The notes beneath the pieces were generated by a model. It did not search any database and was not told where the DNA came from. It was given only the letters and a program-made list of their open reading frames with translations. From positions 17,244 through 81,243 of the forward strand of contig JBIKWR010000001.1 in the NCBI GenBank assembly GCA_044356225.1: a stretch of DNA of 64,000 bases. The letters are read 5' to 3'. The position numbers and the translations under genes were made by a program. Of this stretch, positions 10,201 through 20,562 are shown piece after piece. This DNA comes from Bacteriovoracaceae bacterium. GTDB taxonomy: Bacteria > Bdellovibrionota > Bacteriovoracia > Bacteriovoracales > Bacteriovoracaceae. Numbering within the stretch: position 1 is the stretch's first letter; each line of letters starts with the position of its first letter.

Positions 10201-13200
10201 AAAATATATTCAAGATCATTTAGTTTTAGGTAAAATTACTGAAGCCGAGCAAATTCATTGTTTAAAGCTTGGAATCGAGAAATTGGCCAGTGGACTTGTG
10301 CGCTTAACTATCGAGCTTAAAGTAGCGAAGGATCAGGCCTTACAAGATTTTGCTGCTCTGATCACTCCACAAATTAAAAACGAAGCGATTTTAACAGTCC
10401 AAAACTGTTTTGGATCATATCTTAAAAAAGCTGAAAACTTTGACCAGTTAACTTTAGCGCTGGATAATGCTAAAAGAGTTTGTGCCATTGATGCATTTTC
10501 TTCGATTTTGGGAAATCTATTACCAATAGTTATAGAGAAAGAATTAAAAGATAAACTAAAACCTGAAGGTAATGAAACACCTGAAGAGTTAAGTGATCTG
10601 TTGACTTTACAGAAATCCCTTAAAGATACATTTGTTGATCAATATTTAAATCAAAATCTTCCCCGAAAAATTAAAGAAATAAAAGAAAAGATTACAGATG
10701 ATAACATGGAATTGTTAACCGGTGAATTAACCCAAGATCTTAAAGCGGAAGCGATTTGGTTTTTTGCCAACCAATTGATCGGTGATAAATTAGTCGATAT
10801 GTTGGGAGAGGTAAAAAATGCTAATAGCACTGATAGCAACAATGGCGAAAAGATTTTAAACCTAGAACAACTCAACCCCTACCTGCAATTGGCCCTAACC
10901 AAATCCGAACAAGAAGCTTTCAAAAGTAAACTTGGCAATAAAAATTATGCAGAATTATCCATCAATGAACGTCCCTTAGGCTTAATTAGTGATCAATTAA
11001 GTAAACGACTGATGGAGGCCAAAACCGAATCAGAAATGCAGCTAGTATTGGATGATATAATTTTCACGACCACCGCCTCGTTAGCAGAAGTTATTCTTAA
11101 CAAAGAAATAGGTCAGTTGATTATTGGCAATCCCAATAATCAAAAGTCAGTAGCAGATCGCGATAAATTAGTAGGAGATCTAGTTACCGATTTAAAAACT
11201 TGTTTAGCAGCGGCTTCGAATGTATCTGGTATGGCCAAGTCCAATGAATGTTTAAGCAATTTATTAAAACAAGCAGTCTCAAAAATTACCGACTATATCC
11301 TTTATGATTCTATTTTTTCAATGGTCGATAGTTCCATCAATGATGAATTGAAAAGAAACAATATTAAAGCCGAGATGGAGACTAGTTTTAAGGCGGTGGT
11401 TGAAAATTGTATGGCAACGATCCCCGAAAAAGTTAAAAGTAGATTAAAGCTTGAGATTTACATGCCTGGTGAGAGGTTGAGTGAAGAACTCGCAGAGTTA
11501 AATGTTTGTGCTGATAAAATCAAGCGATATGCGATTGAATATTTTGGTGGCGCTGTAGTGCAAATGATTTATGAAGAAATGTTTCCCTATTTAAGTTCAG
11601 AGCAAGTGGAAATTGTCGTCGAACGCGTGAGAGAAGATGTCGCCTTTATTTATCAAATTGATGATAATGTAGGGCACATTAAAAACTTTGTTAAGTATCT
11701 GACCGCAAATGATATTGTGAATAGGAAATTATCAGAAGTTGTTGAACCGGTTTTTAATTACGATCAAAAGAAACTCAAGGAAAATCTTGTCAAGTATCAA
11801 AACATGTTTGATCAATGTCTTGATGTTTATGTGAATTCTGCGGGCGAAGAGTTTAGCTACTTAGCAGTCAAAGATAAATTAACGTCAGGTCAAAAAGCTG
11901 GGCTTGATCAGTTGTCAATTGATTATGATTTTGGAAAAAAGTTTTTCCAAGCGGATTATTTAAAACAAATTGGTTATGAAAGTTTACTCTTTGATAAGGA
12001 TTGGAAGTTTGATGCTCGGTTTAACAGTTGTTTAGTGAATTTTTTGGGCACCTTGCTCAAAGATTTAATCAAAGATACCGCTCTAGATTACGGAATTATG
12101 TTCGATCAAGCATTCCAAGATAAGATAAATCATATAATGAATGCTTGCATTGAAGAGAAAAACCTCAAGCTTTTTTCGTCAAAAACAATCGGTGCTGATT
12201 TTTTTATCATGAATCCCACATTTTCTTTAAATGATGTCACGAAGGCCTATCTTGGCAATGAGAATTCCTGTAAAGAGTTAGCGATTCAAGAAATTTCAGT
12301 CTATATCGAAAACTTTTTTATTGAAAAAGCCTCTGCTCATATGACGGCAGTCAGTAAACTTAACAATGAATTGATGGATGCTAACTCAATTCAAACAAAA
12401 CAAGAATTACTCAAAAGCTTTATCGATTTAGGGATGCTCTACGGGCGGAATTTAGAACGCGGCCAAGATGCAGGTATGAAAAATGGATTAGGCCCACCCC
12501 AGCTTTTAGAATACTTTGATCGAGTGGCGGCTTTTATGGCCAATGGAGTGATTAAAGAAACAGAATTATTAACAAATGATATTCGCTCTTTAGAACAATC
12601 GGTCAAGGAAGCAGTAGCGCAAGGAAAATCTTTTTCTATCGATGAGGTGGTTAAATCATTAATAAAAAGTAAAAAAGAAAAAGACGATGTTAAAGCCTCG
12701 GGAGTGATCCTTAATTTGTTAAAGGCGAATTTTATTGCCGAGGGTAAAACAAAACACTCCGCTAGGACAGAGTTATTTTTAGATGAACTCTTTTTAGGCC
12801 TTTCTAAGCCAAGTTTATTTGATCGACTGTCGCTGAAGGTTTTGTTAGCTGGTAATCAAGAGTCCTCAGAAACGAGTACCTTAAAACTTGAAATGGGGGA
12901 AATCGAATCCTTAGCAAAAACCGTTCTTACCACCTTAGAAGCGATTGCTGATTATCAATCAGAATCTGACCTACAACCGATCAGTTCACAGGCAATTGTG
13001 TATTTAAATGAATTTTTCGCTCAGTTAGAAAAAGTTGCAGGAGAGCTAACTTATCCTGTTATCGTTAACGAGTTACAAAAAAGTAATCTTTTTAATCACG
13101 CCAAAGAGGCGATCATCGCCGATAGTGTTAAAAAAGGATTAACGTCATCTTTTACCAATTTATTTTATTCTCAATTAGACAGTGTTTTGGCCGATCATCA

Positions 13201-14458
13201 ATTCTATCGTCCTACTTACGAAGGTATCTTTATTGAAGAAATTCTCAATGAAAAAGGCGAAAGAATCACCAAAGAATACAATGTGGATGAAGTCCTTAAA
13301 CGGCTAGATCAAAAGTATCGTGATCAATTTTATGACTATTTGTCCGATCCCCTTTATAGTGCCAGTAAGGCGTATCAGTATTTAGCTTCGGTGAGCGGAT
13401 TAAAAAGAAAACCTGATGATGATCAATATTATCCATTAAAGTCTAGGAACATAAATATTGATATTTATTTTATCAATAGATTAGAAATGAATAAAAAAGA
13501 TGGCCAATTCACTCATCCATTTTTTCGAGGCTTAATGGATTTAAAAAAAGATCAAACATTTTTTGATCTCTTACCCACTAAAGAGATGAAACATCTTTTT
13601 AACCGGTTTCCCAATGATGAATTAGCAACAAAACTCTTAACTAGAAGGCTCATGACGGAGTTTCAAAAACCCAATAGTTGGCTTCTTAAACTAAATGACA
13701 ATTCGGATGTGATTTATTATCTCAGACAAGCTGGTGGATTATCTATGCTTGATCTTAGTAAACCAAAAACCATCGCTCAAATGCGAGCAGATAAAAAACT
13801 TCATGAAAAAATTGATGAAAAGAACCATCAACAATTTTTACAATTTTGGTCAGTGGTGGGTGATGATAAAAACGTGAAGATGGTGGGAAGTCTTGCTCGC
13901 ATAAAGTCCATCGTGGATCAGGCCACTTCACAAACGGTGATGGGTCCGTTGATTAATTCCGAGTTAGGAAAAAGGTTTTTTGCAGAGCAGATGAATCCAA
14001 AAATCGAAAAACTTTTATTGGATCCTGACTACGACTTTAATGACTTATCCCATGATCTAAACTCACCTGAGATGATGAATCCGTTAACCAACCTTTTAAT
14101 ATCTAATCGAAAAGGTGGAAGTTTAGTTGATTCTATTGCCCATTTATCGATGCAAGATACGATTTATGCTTTTGTCTATGATCATGCCCCTAGTGCAATG
14201 ATATTTAATGGAAATTTTGAACTTAAGAGTATGTTTACTGAAGAGAACTGGGCCCAGATTAGTAAAAATGATAAAGAGAATTTTATCACTAACTATTTTG
14301 CGGATTATATTTTAAAACCTTCGATCAATAGTGAGGTTTTTGATGCTAAATCCAATATCAAAACATTGGGTAAGATTGTAGAAATTATTGTTGCCCAAGA
14401 TGATGATTGGGATGATATTCAGTCTGAATATAAAGAATTAATGGATAAGAAAAACTAA
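7265..14458 (+). CDS. giant secreted protein, unknown function (2397 aa)
   Basis: Uninterrupted 7.2-kb ORF with signal peptide MNIILKIFIINTFLYVASSVAAQ. Composition is K/E/L/D/Q/N-rich and looks helical. It contains recurring paired-Cys modules and no catalytic motif I recognise. Confidence 0.8.
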   Translation: MNIILKIFIINTFLYVASSVAAQSTSHLVGLENLTNDQSLNDCQATEEILENSTISEENQNMFSSLLDVLPQLSGNGHQLSSLVPPGPSMTLTLEHLDCFPTPKKDNQEFCLKSDLARFYLTFYSLKLEHHQDQILQVIRKQINDDMKSLIILAQDSYKNKKEKIPLSDFKKLAWYFSQARHPKNNILIFDESNWLNFIQTSLEIRRLDNSAENDEDLAAIIAIALQSPAITALGIKKIVEIIQNETVKINKDEMILQALASRIQNFPTPELEQDRAYLLGGLFQLITQSKMNQLAKNLALDQVRQVAINWKLDPQILVTVKVLTEDKPAPDLDPLLGGSYPQTPFRMQLDENDSTPSKGEGSGRVEDFFTNLLGGLVVPFGSKKDDFKKADDFLRKEIREVLKTTKELQDYLFTPITDDMSDRGKLVTRMENEDLEDQIIERIIDLKKNKHKFLGFKEGIVKTKDRVIGLSNFVILQEIVLKQLQKALNLPRLSTSAELDELLLKQVAEVTKVFGDCIEAAKHDDQKVDGCAKKIQSSLPYRIGHQLIPILLRENMASQFQDQDGKLNSEGLDRLIVGALNDYDQCSENHLFLTAKQEEIYRQKYKNDFNDLQKLLGKKNQSAIGTTTNGISQEDRQNVLEVPVMNPLSMVQGCVFFAFLNSTVNGGVIDQALSSSLGPIFTGQTPEEKKQLISKVTARVYSCLENKGLLKNGQPVYVNPEKIKNLYQQRFEILKEYHQFAESLQNIYKKDPKKRTEKERTNLMVWQLREKDIFASIKKIDEDLVNINPLTSMDQNEFVDSLKEECTVKIALDEVIRFFVNDNELAKNYYREFPAKLDQVINQVMALGLEQCLATQQQVIDQQMEKVSTDFHRGRFIEGEKYNGSKERKIIREIKSKQNMGHCIDLIKSTALGLIFSDIINGQSIEMFNATLQDVGLTWEEFYNDPRLSKLGNEFSLATSQGLAETEKCFENLRVSALKYIQDHLVLGKITEAEQIHCLKLGIEKLASGLVRLTIELKVAKDQALQDFAALITPQIKNEAILTVQNCFGSYLKKAENFDQLTLALDNAKRVCAIDAFSSILGNLLPIVIEKELKDKLKPEGNETPEELSDLLTLQKSLKDTFVDQYLNQNLPRKIKEIKEKITDDNMELLTGELTQDLKAEAIWFFANQLIGDKLVDMLGEVKNANSTDSNNGEKILNLEQLNPYLQLALTKSEQEAFKSKLGNKNYAELSINERPLGLISDQLSKRLMEAKTESEMQLVLDDIIFTTTASLAEVILNKEIGQLIIGNPNNQKSVADRDKLVGDLVTDLKTCLAAASNVSGMAKSNECLSNLLKQAVSKITDYILYDSIFSMVDSSINDELKRNNIKAEMETSFKAVVENCMATIPEKVKSRLKLEIYMPGERLSEELAELNVCADKIKRYAIEYFGGAVVQMIYEEMFPYLSSEQVEIVVERVREDVAFIYQIDDNVGHIKNFVKYLTANDIVNRKLSEVVEPVFNYDQKKLKENLVKYQNMFDQCLDVYVNSAGEEFSYLAVKDKLTSGQKAGLDQLSIDYDFGKKFFQADYLKQIGYESLLFDKDWKFDARFNSCLVNFLGTLLKDLIKDTALDYGIMFDQAFQDKINHIMNACIEEKNLKLFSSKTIGADFFIMNPTFSLNDVTKAYLGNENSCKELAIQEISVYIENFFIEKASAHMTAVSKLNNELMDANSIQTKQELLKSFIDLGMLYGRNLERGQDAGMKNGLGPPQLLEYFDRVAAFMANGVIKETELLTNDIRSLEQSVKEAVAQGKSFSIDEVVKSLIKSKKEKDDVKASGVILNLLKANFIAEGKTKHSARTELFLDELFLGLSKPSLFDRLSLKVLLAGNQESSETSTLKLEMGEIESLAKTVLTTLEAIADYQSESDLQPISSQAIVYLNEFFAQLEKVAGELTYPVIVNELQKSNLFNHAKEAIIADSVKKGLTSSFTNLFYSQLDSVLADHQFYRPTYEGIFIEEILNEKGERITKEYNVDEVLKRLDQKYRDQFYDYLSDPLYSASKAYQYLASVSGLKRKPDDDQYYPLKSRNINIDIYFINRLEMNKKDGQFTHPFFRGLMDLKKDQTFFDLLPTKEMKHLFNRFPNDELATKLLTRRLMTEFQKPNSWLLKLNDNSDVIYYLRQAGGLSMLDLSKPKTIAQMRADKKLHEKIDEKNHQQFLQFWSVVGDDKNVKMVGSLARIKSIVDQATSQTVMGPLINSELGKRFFAEQMNPKIEKLLLDPDYDFNDLSHDLNSPEMMNPLTNLLISNRKGGSLVDSIAHLSMQDTIYAFVYDHAPSAMIFNGNFELKSMFTEENWAQISKNDKENFITNYFADYILKPSINSEVFDAKSNIKTLGKIVEIIVAQDDDWDDIQSEYKELMDKKN

Positions 14459-14478
14459 CTAGTCCTTAGTTCAATGGA

Positions 14479-15084
14479 CTAAAACTCTGGTGCCGTATAA
14501 ACATCAATCTCAGGATCAAATTGCTCTTTTAAAATCGATTTAATCGCTTGCAGTGTTCCAGCACTAGAGCTTGGACAAGTCCCACAAGCTCCCTGATATT
14601 TTATAATCAGAATATGATCTTCATAAGACAAACAAACGAGATCTCCGCCATCACCTTGCAATCCTGGACGAATGGTATGATCGAGAATTTCTTCAATTTG
14701 TTTTAACTCGGGACTTAACTTATTTCGTCTCTCGGCTTCCGGGTTAGGGTCATGATAATCGGGATTATGTTGGGGTAAATTGATCTGCAAAGAATTGATC
14801 GCTTGAGATTCAATTTCATCCCAGTCCGCATAACTAAACTTTGATAGTGTGATGACATTTTGAAAAAGATGAACTTGGTCCACTCCACGAATTTTAAATA
14901 ATTCTAAAACTAATGGAACATGCTGACATTCATCAGGGCCACGATAACTGGATCTTCCTTCGGCCTTAACATCTTTTTCTAAGATAATTTTATAAGCGTT
15001 GGGATTAGGGGTAGGTTGAATAGACATTTGTAGGTCGTTAACCTGTTCCATATTCTGTATCTCCATAGTATTCATTGTTATCAT
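14479..15084 (-). CDS. Nfu/NifU-type Fe-S cluster carrier (Nfu_N plus NifU C-terminal domain)
   Basis: N-terminal TPNPNAYKI motif and C-terminal DGGDL...QGACGTCPSS CxxC motif. The start overlaps the sufU stop (TAATG). Confidence 0.8.
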   Translation of the reverse strand: MITMNTMEIQNMEQVNDLQMSIQPTPNPNAYKIILEKDVKAEGRSSYRGPDECQHVPLVLELFKIRGVDQVHLFQNVITLSKFSYADWDEIESQAINSLQINLPQHNPDYHDPNPEAERRNKLSPELKQIEEILDHTIRPGLQGDGGDLVCLSYEDHILIIKYQGACGTCPSSSAGTLQAIKSILKEQFDPEIDVYTAPEF

Positions 15085-15548
15085 TACTCCGTTTTAACGA
15101 TTTCTTTTTTTCCATCCAGCATATTTTTTAATGTATGCCAAGCGAGCGAGGCGCATTTTACGCGGGCCGGGTATTTCCAGATGCCACTAAAAATCTGTAA
15201 TTTCCCTAGAGCATGAGGCCCGCTAGAGGGATCGAGCTTACCGGTTAACAATTGATGAAATTGTTCAAAAATCAAAAGCGCCTCAGATTTATTTTTGCCC
15301 TTTAAAAAACTGGTCATCATAGAAGTTGAGGCCTTGGAAATGGCACAGCCTTGGCCCTCAAAACTTAAGGCGTCTATTTGATGGTCTTTATTCATTTTTA
15401 AATACAAATGGTAATGGTCACCACAAAGAGGATTATAACCTTCCAGGTGATGAGTGGGATTTTCCATAGTATGAAAATTTCGAGGATTGCGGTTATGATC
15501 CAGAATTACTTCTTGATAAAGTTGCATCATTTCAGCATTTAAACTCAT
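15084..15548 (-). CDS. sufU: SufU sulfur-transfer/zinc-dependent scaffold-like protein
   Basis: YQEVILDHNRNPRNF, NPLCGD, GQGCAISKASTSMM and KYPARVKCASLAW are collinear with the SufU/IscU-like fold as I recall it from Bacillus SufU. Confidence 0.9.
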   Translation of the reverse strand: MSLNAEMMQLYQEVILDHNRNPRNFHTMENPTHHLEGYNPLCGDHYHLYLKMNKDHQIDALSFEGQGCAISKASTSMMTSFLKGKNKSEALLIFEQFHQLLTGKLDPSSGPHALGKLQIFSGIWKYPARVKCASLAWHTLKNMLDGKKEIVKTE

Positions 15549-16777
15549 TTAAAAAACTCCACTGTTTTTTTAAGTGATTGCACTAAGAGATCAATTTCCT
15601 TTTCGTTATTATAAAAACAAAACGACGCTCTTGTGGTGGCCGGAACTTTAAAAAATTCCATCACCGGTTGCGTACAGTGATGGCCAGTTCGAACCGCTAT
15701 TCCATCTTGATCCGTGAAGGTCCCGATGTCATGGGGATGAATATTTTCCAACACAAAACTGATGATGGAGGCCTTTTTTTCCGCAGTCCCGATTATTCTC
15801 AGTCCTGGAACCGTTAACAACTGAGAGGTGGCATATTTTAACAACTCATCTTCGCGTTTTTGAATGGCGGCAAGACCAATATGATTAATATAGCGAATCG
15901 CCTCACCTAAACCTAAAACCCCAGCAATATTGGGAGTCCCGGCCTCAAATTTGTCGGGCAAGGGGGCATAAGTAGTTTTAGCAAAAGTAACTGACTCAAT
16001 CATGGCACCTCCACCTTGGTAAGGTGGCATTTGTTCTAACCATGCTTTTTTTCCGTATAAAACGCCAATTCCCGTTGGCCCAAACATTTTGTGTCCCGAG
16101 AAAACTAAAAAGTCGCAATCGAGATCTTGCACATCGGTTTTAAAATGAGCGATGGACTGAGCGGCGTCCACCACCACCTTGGCCTTCATTTTATGCGCCA
16201 TCGAGATCATTTGTTTGATGGGATTGATGGTTCCTAAACTATTTGAAACATGCACTACCACTACTAATTTCGTTTTTGCGGTTAATAATTGGGCATATTG
16301 GTCGATGAGTAATTCCCCTTTTTCGTTCATGGGAATCACTTTTAAAATCGCTTTTTTTCGCTCGCATAAAAACTGCCAAGGAACAATATTAGAATGGTGT
16401 TCCATTGCACTGATCAGAATTTCATCCCCAGCATTGATATAAGCATCACCAAAAGATGAGGCCAATAAATTAAGTGAGTCGGTCGTACCTTTGGTAAAAA
16501 TAATTTCACTACGATCATGAGCATGAATAAAATTTTGCACCAATTCGCGTGCCTCTTCATACTTGATCGTGGCCATCTGAGAAAGATGATGAACTCCCCG
16601 ATGGACGGTGGCGGTTTCATCGCGGTTATAACGATTGATTTCTTCCACCACTTGGATCGGTTTTAGAGTGGTAGCAGCATTATCAAAATAGACCAAGGGT
16701 AACCCATGCACCACTTGGTTAAGTGTTTTAAAGTCATTCCGGTATTGATGAATTGAATCGTTTATATGACTTACCAT
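15545..16777 (-). CDS. sufS: cysteine desulfurase SufS
   Basis: PLP-lysine motif SGHKMFGPTGIGVLYG and catalytic Cys loop RTGHHCTQP. It overlaps sufU by 4 nt. Confidence 0.9.
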   Translation of the reverse strand: MVSHINDSIHQYRNDFKTLNQVVHGLPLVYFDNAATTLKPIQVVEEINRYNRDETATVHRGVHHLSQMATIKYEEARELVQNFIHAHDRSEIIFTKGTTDSLNLLASSFGDAYINAGDEILISAMEHHSNIVPWQFLCERKKAILKVIPMNEKGELLIDQYAQLLTAKTKLVVVVHVSNSLGTINPIKQMISMAHKMKAKVVVDAAQSIAHFKTDVQDLDCDFLVFSGHKMFGPTGIGVLYGKKAWLEQMPPYQGGGAMIESVTFAKTTYAPLPDKFEAGTPNIAGVLGLGEAIRYINHIGLAAIQKREDELLKYATSQLLTVPGLRIIGTAEKKASIISFVLENIHPHDIGTFTDQDGIAVRTGHHCTQPVMEFFKVPATTRASFCFYNNEKEIDLLVQSLKKTVEFFK

Positions 16778-17781
16778 GAGATGGTATTTCCTTTAAGGGC
16801 CAAATAATGATTGGTTAAAAAATGACAAGCTTCTTTAATTTGTGCGTTTTCCAGTGACATAAAAATATCAAGAGCAAAACCATGGGCCATCATTGTTTGC
16901 GCCCGCTGGACTGGAATACCGCGACTTTGGAGATAAAAAATTTGATCTTCGTCAAGTTGCCCGATGGTGGCACCATGGGTGCATTTGACATCATTATTAT
17001 CGATCAGAAGAATTGGTTCACTGATCATTTTACAACGATCTCCCATCATGAGACTTTTATTTAACTGCTCAGAATGTGATTCACTGGCCCCTTTCGCCAC
17101 TGCCACGGATCCTTGAAAACTGGCCTTGGATTCATCCCATAAAACATTTTTAAAAAGTTGGGAAGAAAAGGTTTGGGGTTTTAAATGATTGATGATGGTT
17201 TTAAGATTTGATCTTTCATGAGATCGAGTGAGTGTCAGCCCAAACAAATCCGCCTTGGCCCCTTCACCTTTAAGATCAATTTTTAAAGACTTTTCACAGT
17301 CATGGGTAGTTAAGTTAAAACATTTTAGCTGAGCGTTTTCCATCAAAGAAAATTGATGAAGATAATTTTGTTGTTGTCCTAAATCCCATAACATGTAAGT
17401 GAGGGAAGAATCTTTTTCTAAAAAGAGGTGAAATTCTTTTTGGCCATCTTCCATCATGGTTTGATTAACAATGACAATCGTCACTTGGATTTGTGGTGGT
17501 AAATGAATATGCCACTTCGCTTGGCAATTTACTTTATTTCCTACAGCAGCAGTTGCATTCTCAGCAAAAAAAATAAATGGTTTTTGTGTACTTTTTTTAA
17601 TGGTGAAATCAATTTTCTGCTGATCTTTGGAAAACTTAAAATCAAAAACATCATTGGATGAATCTACCAGATTGAGGGTAATAAAATGATCGCCTAACTG
17701 CTGAAAAAATCCCGTTAACTCATTTGCTGATTTTTGCCAGGGTCTTGCCGCCGGTGAATAAGTTTCATTCGATCTAATCAT
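16771..17781 (-). CDS. sufD: Fe-S cluster assembly protein SufD (short form)
   Basis: Lies between sufC and sufS. The C-terminal SufB/D-family beta-helix signature is [25 protein letters not shown]. At 336 aa it is shorter than typical SufD. Confidence 0.8.
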   Translation of the reverse strand: MIRSNETYSPAARPWQKSANELTGFFQQLGDHFITLNLVDSSNDVFDFKFSKDQQKIDFTIKKSTQKPFIFFAENATAAVGNKVNCQAKWHIHLPPQIQVTIVIVNQTMMEDGQKEFHLFLEKDSSLTYMLWDLGQQQNYLHQFSLMENAQLKCFNLTTHDCEKSLKIDLKGEGAKADLFGLTLTRSHERSNLKTIINHLKPQTFSSQLFKNVLWDESKASFQGSVAVAKGASESHSEQLNKSLMMGDRCKMISEPILLIDNNDVKCTHGATIGQLDEDQIFYLQSRGIPVQRAQTMMAHGFALDIFMSLENAQIKEACHFLTNHYLALKGNTISW

Positions 17782-18572
17782 GAGTTCATTCCTAAGCCGC
17801 TGCTAGAGTCTGTCTCACTAACTGGTAACAGCCAGTCGTAACCTTTCGCCTCTAATTCTAAGGCCAATTCTTTTGGACCGGTTTTAATAATTTGGCCATT
17901 GGCCATCACATGGACAAAATCAGGCACAATGTAATCAAGTAAACGTTGATAATGAGTAACTAAAACCACGGCATTAAATCGGTTGCGAAGGGTATTAACT
18001 CCTTTGGCAACAATTTTAAGAGCATCGATATCGAGGCCGGAATCAGTTTCGTCTAACAAGGCCAAACGTGGATTAAGCACGGCCATTTGGAGGATTTCAT
18101 TTTTTTTCTTTTCGCCACCAGAAAAACCTTCATTAACGGGACGATGAATAAAGCTTTCAGGCATTTCTAAGAGTTTTATTTTTTCTTTTAAAAATATTTC
18201 AAAATCGTAGGGATCCATCGTGTCCGCCCCTTGTGCCAGACAAACTTCGTTAAAGGCCTCACGTAAAAAAGTGGAGTTGGGAATACCTGGAAGTTCTACC
18301 GGGTATTGAAACCCTAAAAAAATGCCGGCCTTGGCGCGTTCATTGGGTTCTAAGTCTAAGAGGTTGATGGTTTTTTGATTATGGATAAATTCAATACTTC
18401 CTGCCGTCACTTCATAGTGAGGATGGCCAGCGATGATTTTCGCTAAAGTTGATTTCCCGCTGCCATTGGGTCCCATGATGGCGTGAATTTCACCAGCTTT
18501 AACCGATAAATTGATGCCCTTTAAAATAGGATTGCCATCGACCGAAGCATGCAGATTTGTAATTTTAATCAT
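17778..18572 (-). CDS. sufC: Fe-S cluster assembly ATPase SufC
   Basis: Walker [10 protein letters not shown], signature FSGGEKKK and Walker [13 protein letters not shown]. Confidence 0.95.
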   Translation of the reverse strand: MIKITNLHASVDGNPILKGINLSVKAGEIHAIMGPNGSGKSTLAKIIAGHPHYEVTAGSIEFIHNQKTINLLDLEPNERAKAGIFLGFQYPVELPGIPNSTFLREAFNEVCLAQGADTMDPYDFEIFLKEKIKLLEMPESFIHRPVNEGFSGGEKKKNEILQMAVLNPRLALLDETDSGLDIDALKIVAKGVNTLRNRFNAVVLVTHYQRLLDYIVPDFVHVMANGQIIKTGPKELALELEAKGYDWLLPVSETDSSSGLGMNS

Positions 18573-18590
18573 AACCTAGTTTCCTTTTAT

Positions 18591-20030
18591 TTATCCAACG
18601 GAGTTTTCTAATTTCATTTCTAAAAGTTTGACCGCTTCAACTGAAAATTCCAAAGGTAGTGTTTTAAAAACTTCTTTGCAAAAACCATTAATTAACAAAC
18701 TAATGCATTTTTCGCGATTCAGTCCACGCGATTCTAAATAAAAAAGTTGATCCTCACTGATTTTAGAAGTCGAGGCCTCATGCTCCACCACTGAGTCGGA
18801 GTTTTTCACGTCGATCACCGGAAAAGTATTCGCGTGACATTGATCTCCAATCAGCATGGAATCACATTGAGTATAATTTTTTGCACCCTTAGCACTGGGA
18901 TTTATTTGGACTAATCCGCGATAGGAGTTCACCGACTCTTCCGCTGAAATTCCTTTAGAAATAATGGTACTTTTTGTTCTTTTTCCCACATGAATCATTT
19001 TGGTGCCGGTATCGGCCTGCATTTTGTTATTGGTCACTGCCACACTATAAAAAGCTCCTTCAGATTCATCACCTAAGAGTAAACATGAAGGATATTTCCA
19101 GGTGATGGCCGATCCGGCTTCCACTTGCGTCCAAGAAATTCGTGAACGATAACCTAAACACTTTCCGCGTTTAGTAACAAAATTATAAATTCCGCCTAAA
19201 CCATTTCGATCGCCGGCGTACCAATTTTGCACGGTTGAGTACTTTATTTCCGCTCGATCAAGGGCCACGAGCTCGACAATCGCTGCATGCAATTGATTTT
19301 CATCACGCATCGGGGCGGTACAACCTTCGAGGTAATTAACAAAACTATCATCATCAGCAATGACTAAGGTTCTTTCAAATTGTCCGGTATCTTTGGCGTT
19401 AATGCGAAAATAGGTGGAGAGATCCAACGGGCAGGTAACACCTTTCGGGATATAAACAAATGAACCATCGGAAAAAACTGCAGAATTAAGAGCAGCATAA
19501 AAATTATCGGTGACCGGAACAACCGTTCCTAAGTATTTTTTTACTAAGTCGGGATATTTTTGAACTGCTTCCGAAATTGAACAAAAAATAACTCCCACTT
19601 TTTCTAATTCTTCCTGATGAGTCGTCCCCACCGAAACGCTATCAAAAACCGCATCGACCGCCACTCCAGTTAAACGTTTTTGTTCTTGAAGAGGGATTCC
19701 CAGTTTTTCAAAAGTTTTGATCAGTTCAGGATCGACTTCTTTCAGATCCTTTGGTGATTGTCCTTCAGGTTTTTTAGGAGCTGCATAATAATACAGATCT
19801 TCGTAATCAATTTTAGGAAATGTTAAATGTTGCCATGTTGGATGCTCCATTTTTTGCCACAATCGAAAGGCCTTGAGACGAAACTCTAACATCCAATCGG
19901 GTTCGTTTTTTTTAGCAGAAATCATCTGCACGATATTTTCATTTAGCCCTTTGGGAAATTCTTCTGTTTCAATATCGGTGATAAATCCATATTTATAGGA
20001 TGAATCGGGATCATGATTATTGATTCTCAT
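18591..20030 (-). CDS. sufB: Fe-S cluster assembly scaffold SufB
   Basis: 479 aa with typical SufB stretches ([41 protein letters not shown]). It sits at the head of the sufBCDS order. Confidence 0.95.
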   Translation of the reverse strand: MRINNHDPDSSYKYGFITDIETEEFPKGLNENIVQMISAKKNEPDWMLEFRLKAFRLWQKMEHPTWQHLTFPKIDYEDLYYYAAPKKPEGQSPKDLKEVDPELIKTFEKLGIPLQEQKRLTGVAVDAVFDSVSVGTTHQEELEKVGVIFCSISEAVQKYPDLVKKYLGTVVPVTDNFYAALNSAVFSDGSFVYIPKGVTCPLDLSTYFRINAKDTGQFERTLVIADDDSFVNYLEGCTAPMRDENQLHAAIVELVALDRAEIKYSTVQNWYAGDRNGLGGIYNFVTKRGKCLGYRSRISWTQVEAGSAITWKYPSCLLLGDESEGAFYSVAVTNNKMQADTGTKMIHVGKRTKSTIISKGISAEESVNSYRGLVQINPSAKGAKNYTQCDSMLIGDQCHANTFPVIDVKNSDSVVEHEASTSKISEDQLFYLESRGLNREKCISLLINGFCKEVFKTLPLEFSVEAVKLLEMKLENSVG

Positions 20031-20443
20031 AATTTTTTTGCTCCCAGTAACAAATCGGCCAGAGAAAGTTCTTGTAAAAAAGACTTAATTTTTTTATCCA
20101 GTAAAATAAGTGGAGTGACAATATTGCAATAAGGAAGTTGAGCACAATCCTTATTTTCGACTAAACAATCCACGACGCTACTCTTGCCTTCGACCATCTC
20201 ATCCAAATCAGCAAAAGAAATATCGGCCAAGGATTTTTTTAAAAAATAACCACCTTGAACACCTTGTTCGGAATCAAGGATTTTGTGTCCGTGCAGTTTT
20301 TGTAATATTTTTGCGGTGGTATCAAAGGGGATTTGATATTCAGAGGCAATTTCTCTGGCGGTGGATTTTTCCCCTGGTTTTTTGCTCGCCATATGTTTCA
20401 AGGCGATGAGTGAATACTCCACCTTACGATTGATCTTAATCAT
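20027..20443 (-). CDS. Rrf2-family transcriptional regulator (IscR/SufR-like, probable Fe-S sensor)
   Basis: N-terminal wHTH ([19 protein letters not shown]...) and a C-x6-C-x5-C cluster ([14 protein letters not shown]). I prefer ATG at 20443 to the track's TTG at 20458. It overlaps the sufB start by 4 nt. Confidence 0.8.
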   Translation of the reverse strand: MIKINRKVEYSLIALKHMASKKPGEKSTAREIASEYQIPFDTTAKILQKLHGHKILDSEQGVQGGYFLKKSLADISFADLDEMVEGKSSVVDCLVENKDCAQLPYCNIVTPLILLDKKIKSFLQELSLADLLLGAKKL

Positions 20444-20474
20444 AAAAAAATTTCTCAAAGATTATTTAAGGATG

Positions 20475-20513
20475 TTTTAACCTAAAAATAGAAATAAGGC
20501 AAATTTTAACCTA
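20475..20513 (-). promoter_or_regulatory. candidate operator: direct repeat TTTTAACCTA x2 upstream of the rrf2-suf operon
   Basis: Identical 10-mers at 20475-20484 and 20504-20513 (29-bp period), 32-70 bp upstream of the rrf2 start. A CCTAA...TAAGG imperfect dyad lies between them. Confidence 0.25.
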
Positions 20514-20562
20514 TATTCAGCTAAACAGGACAAAATTGGCCTAATAAATGTTTTATAACCGA

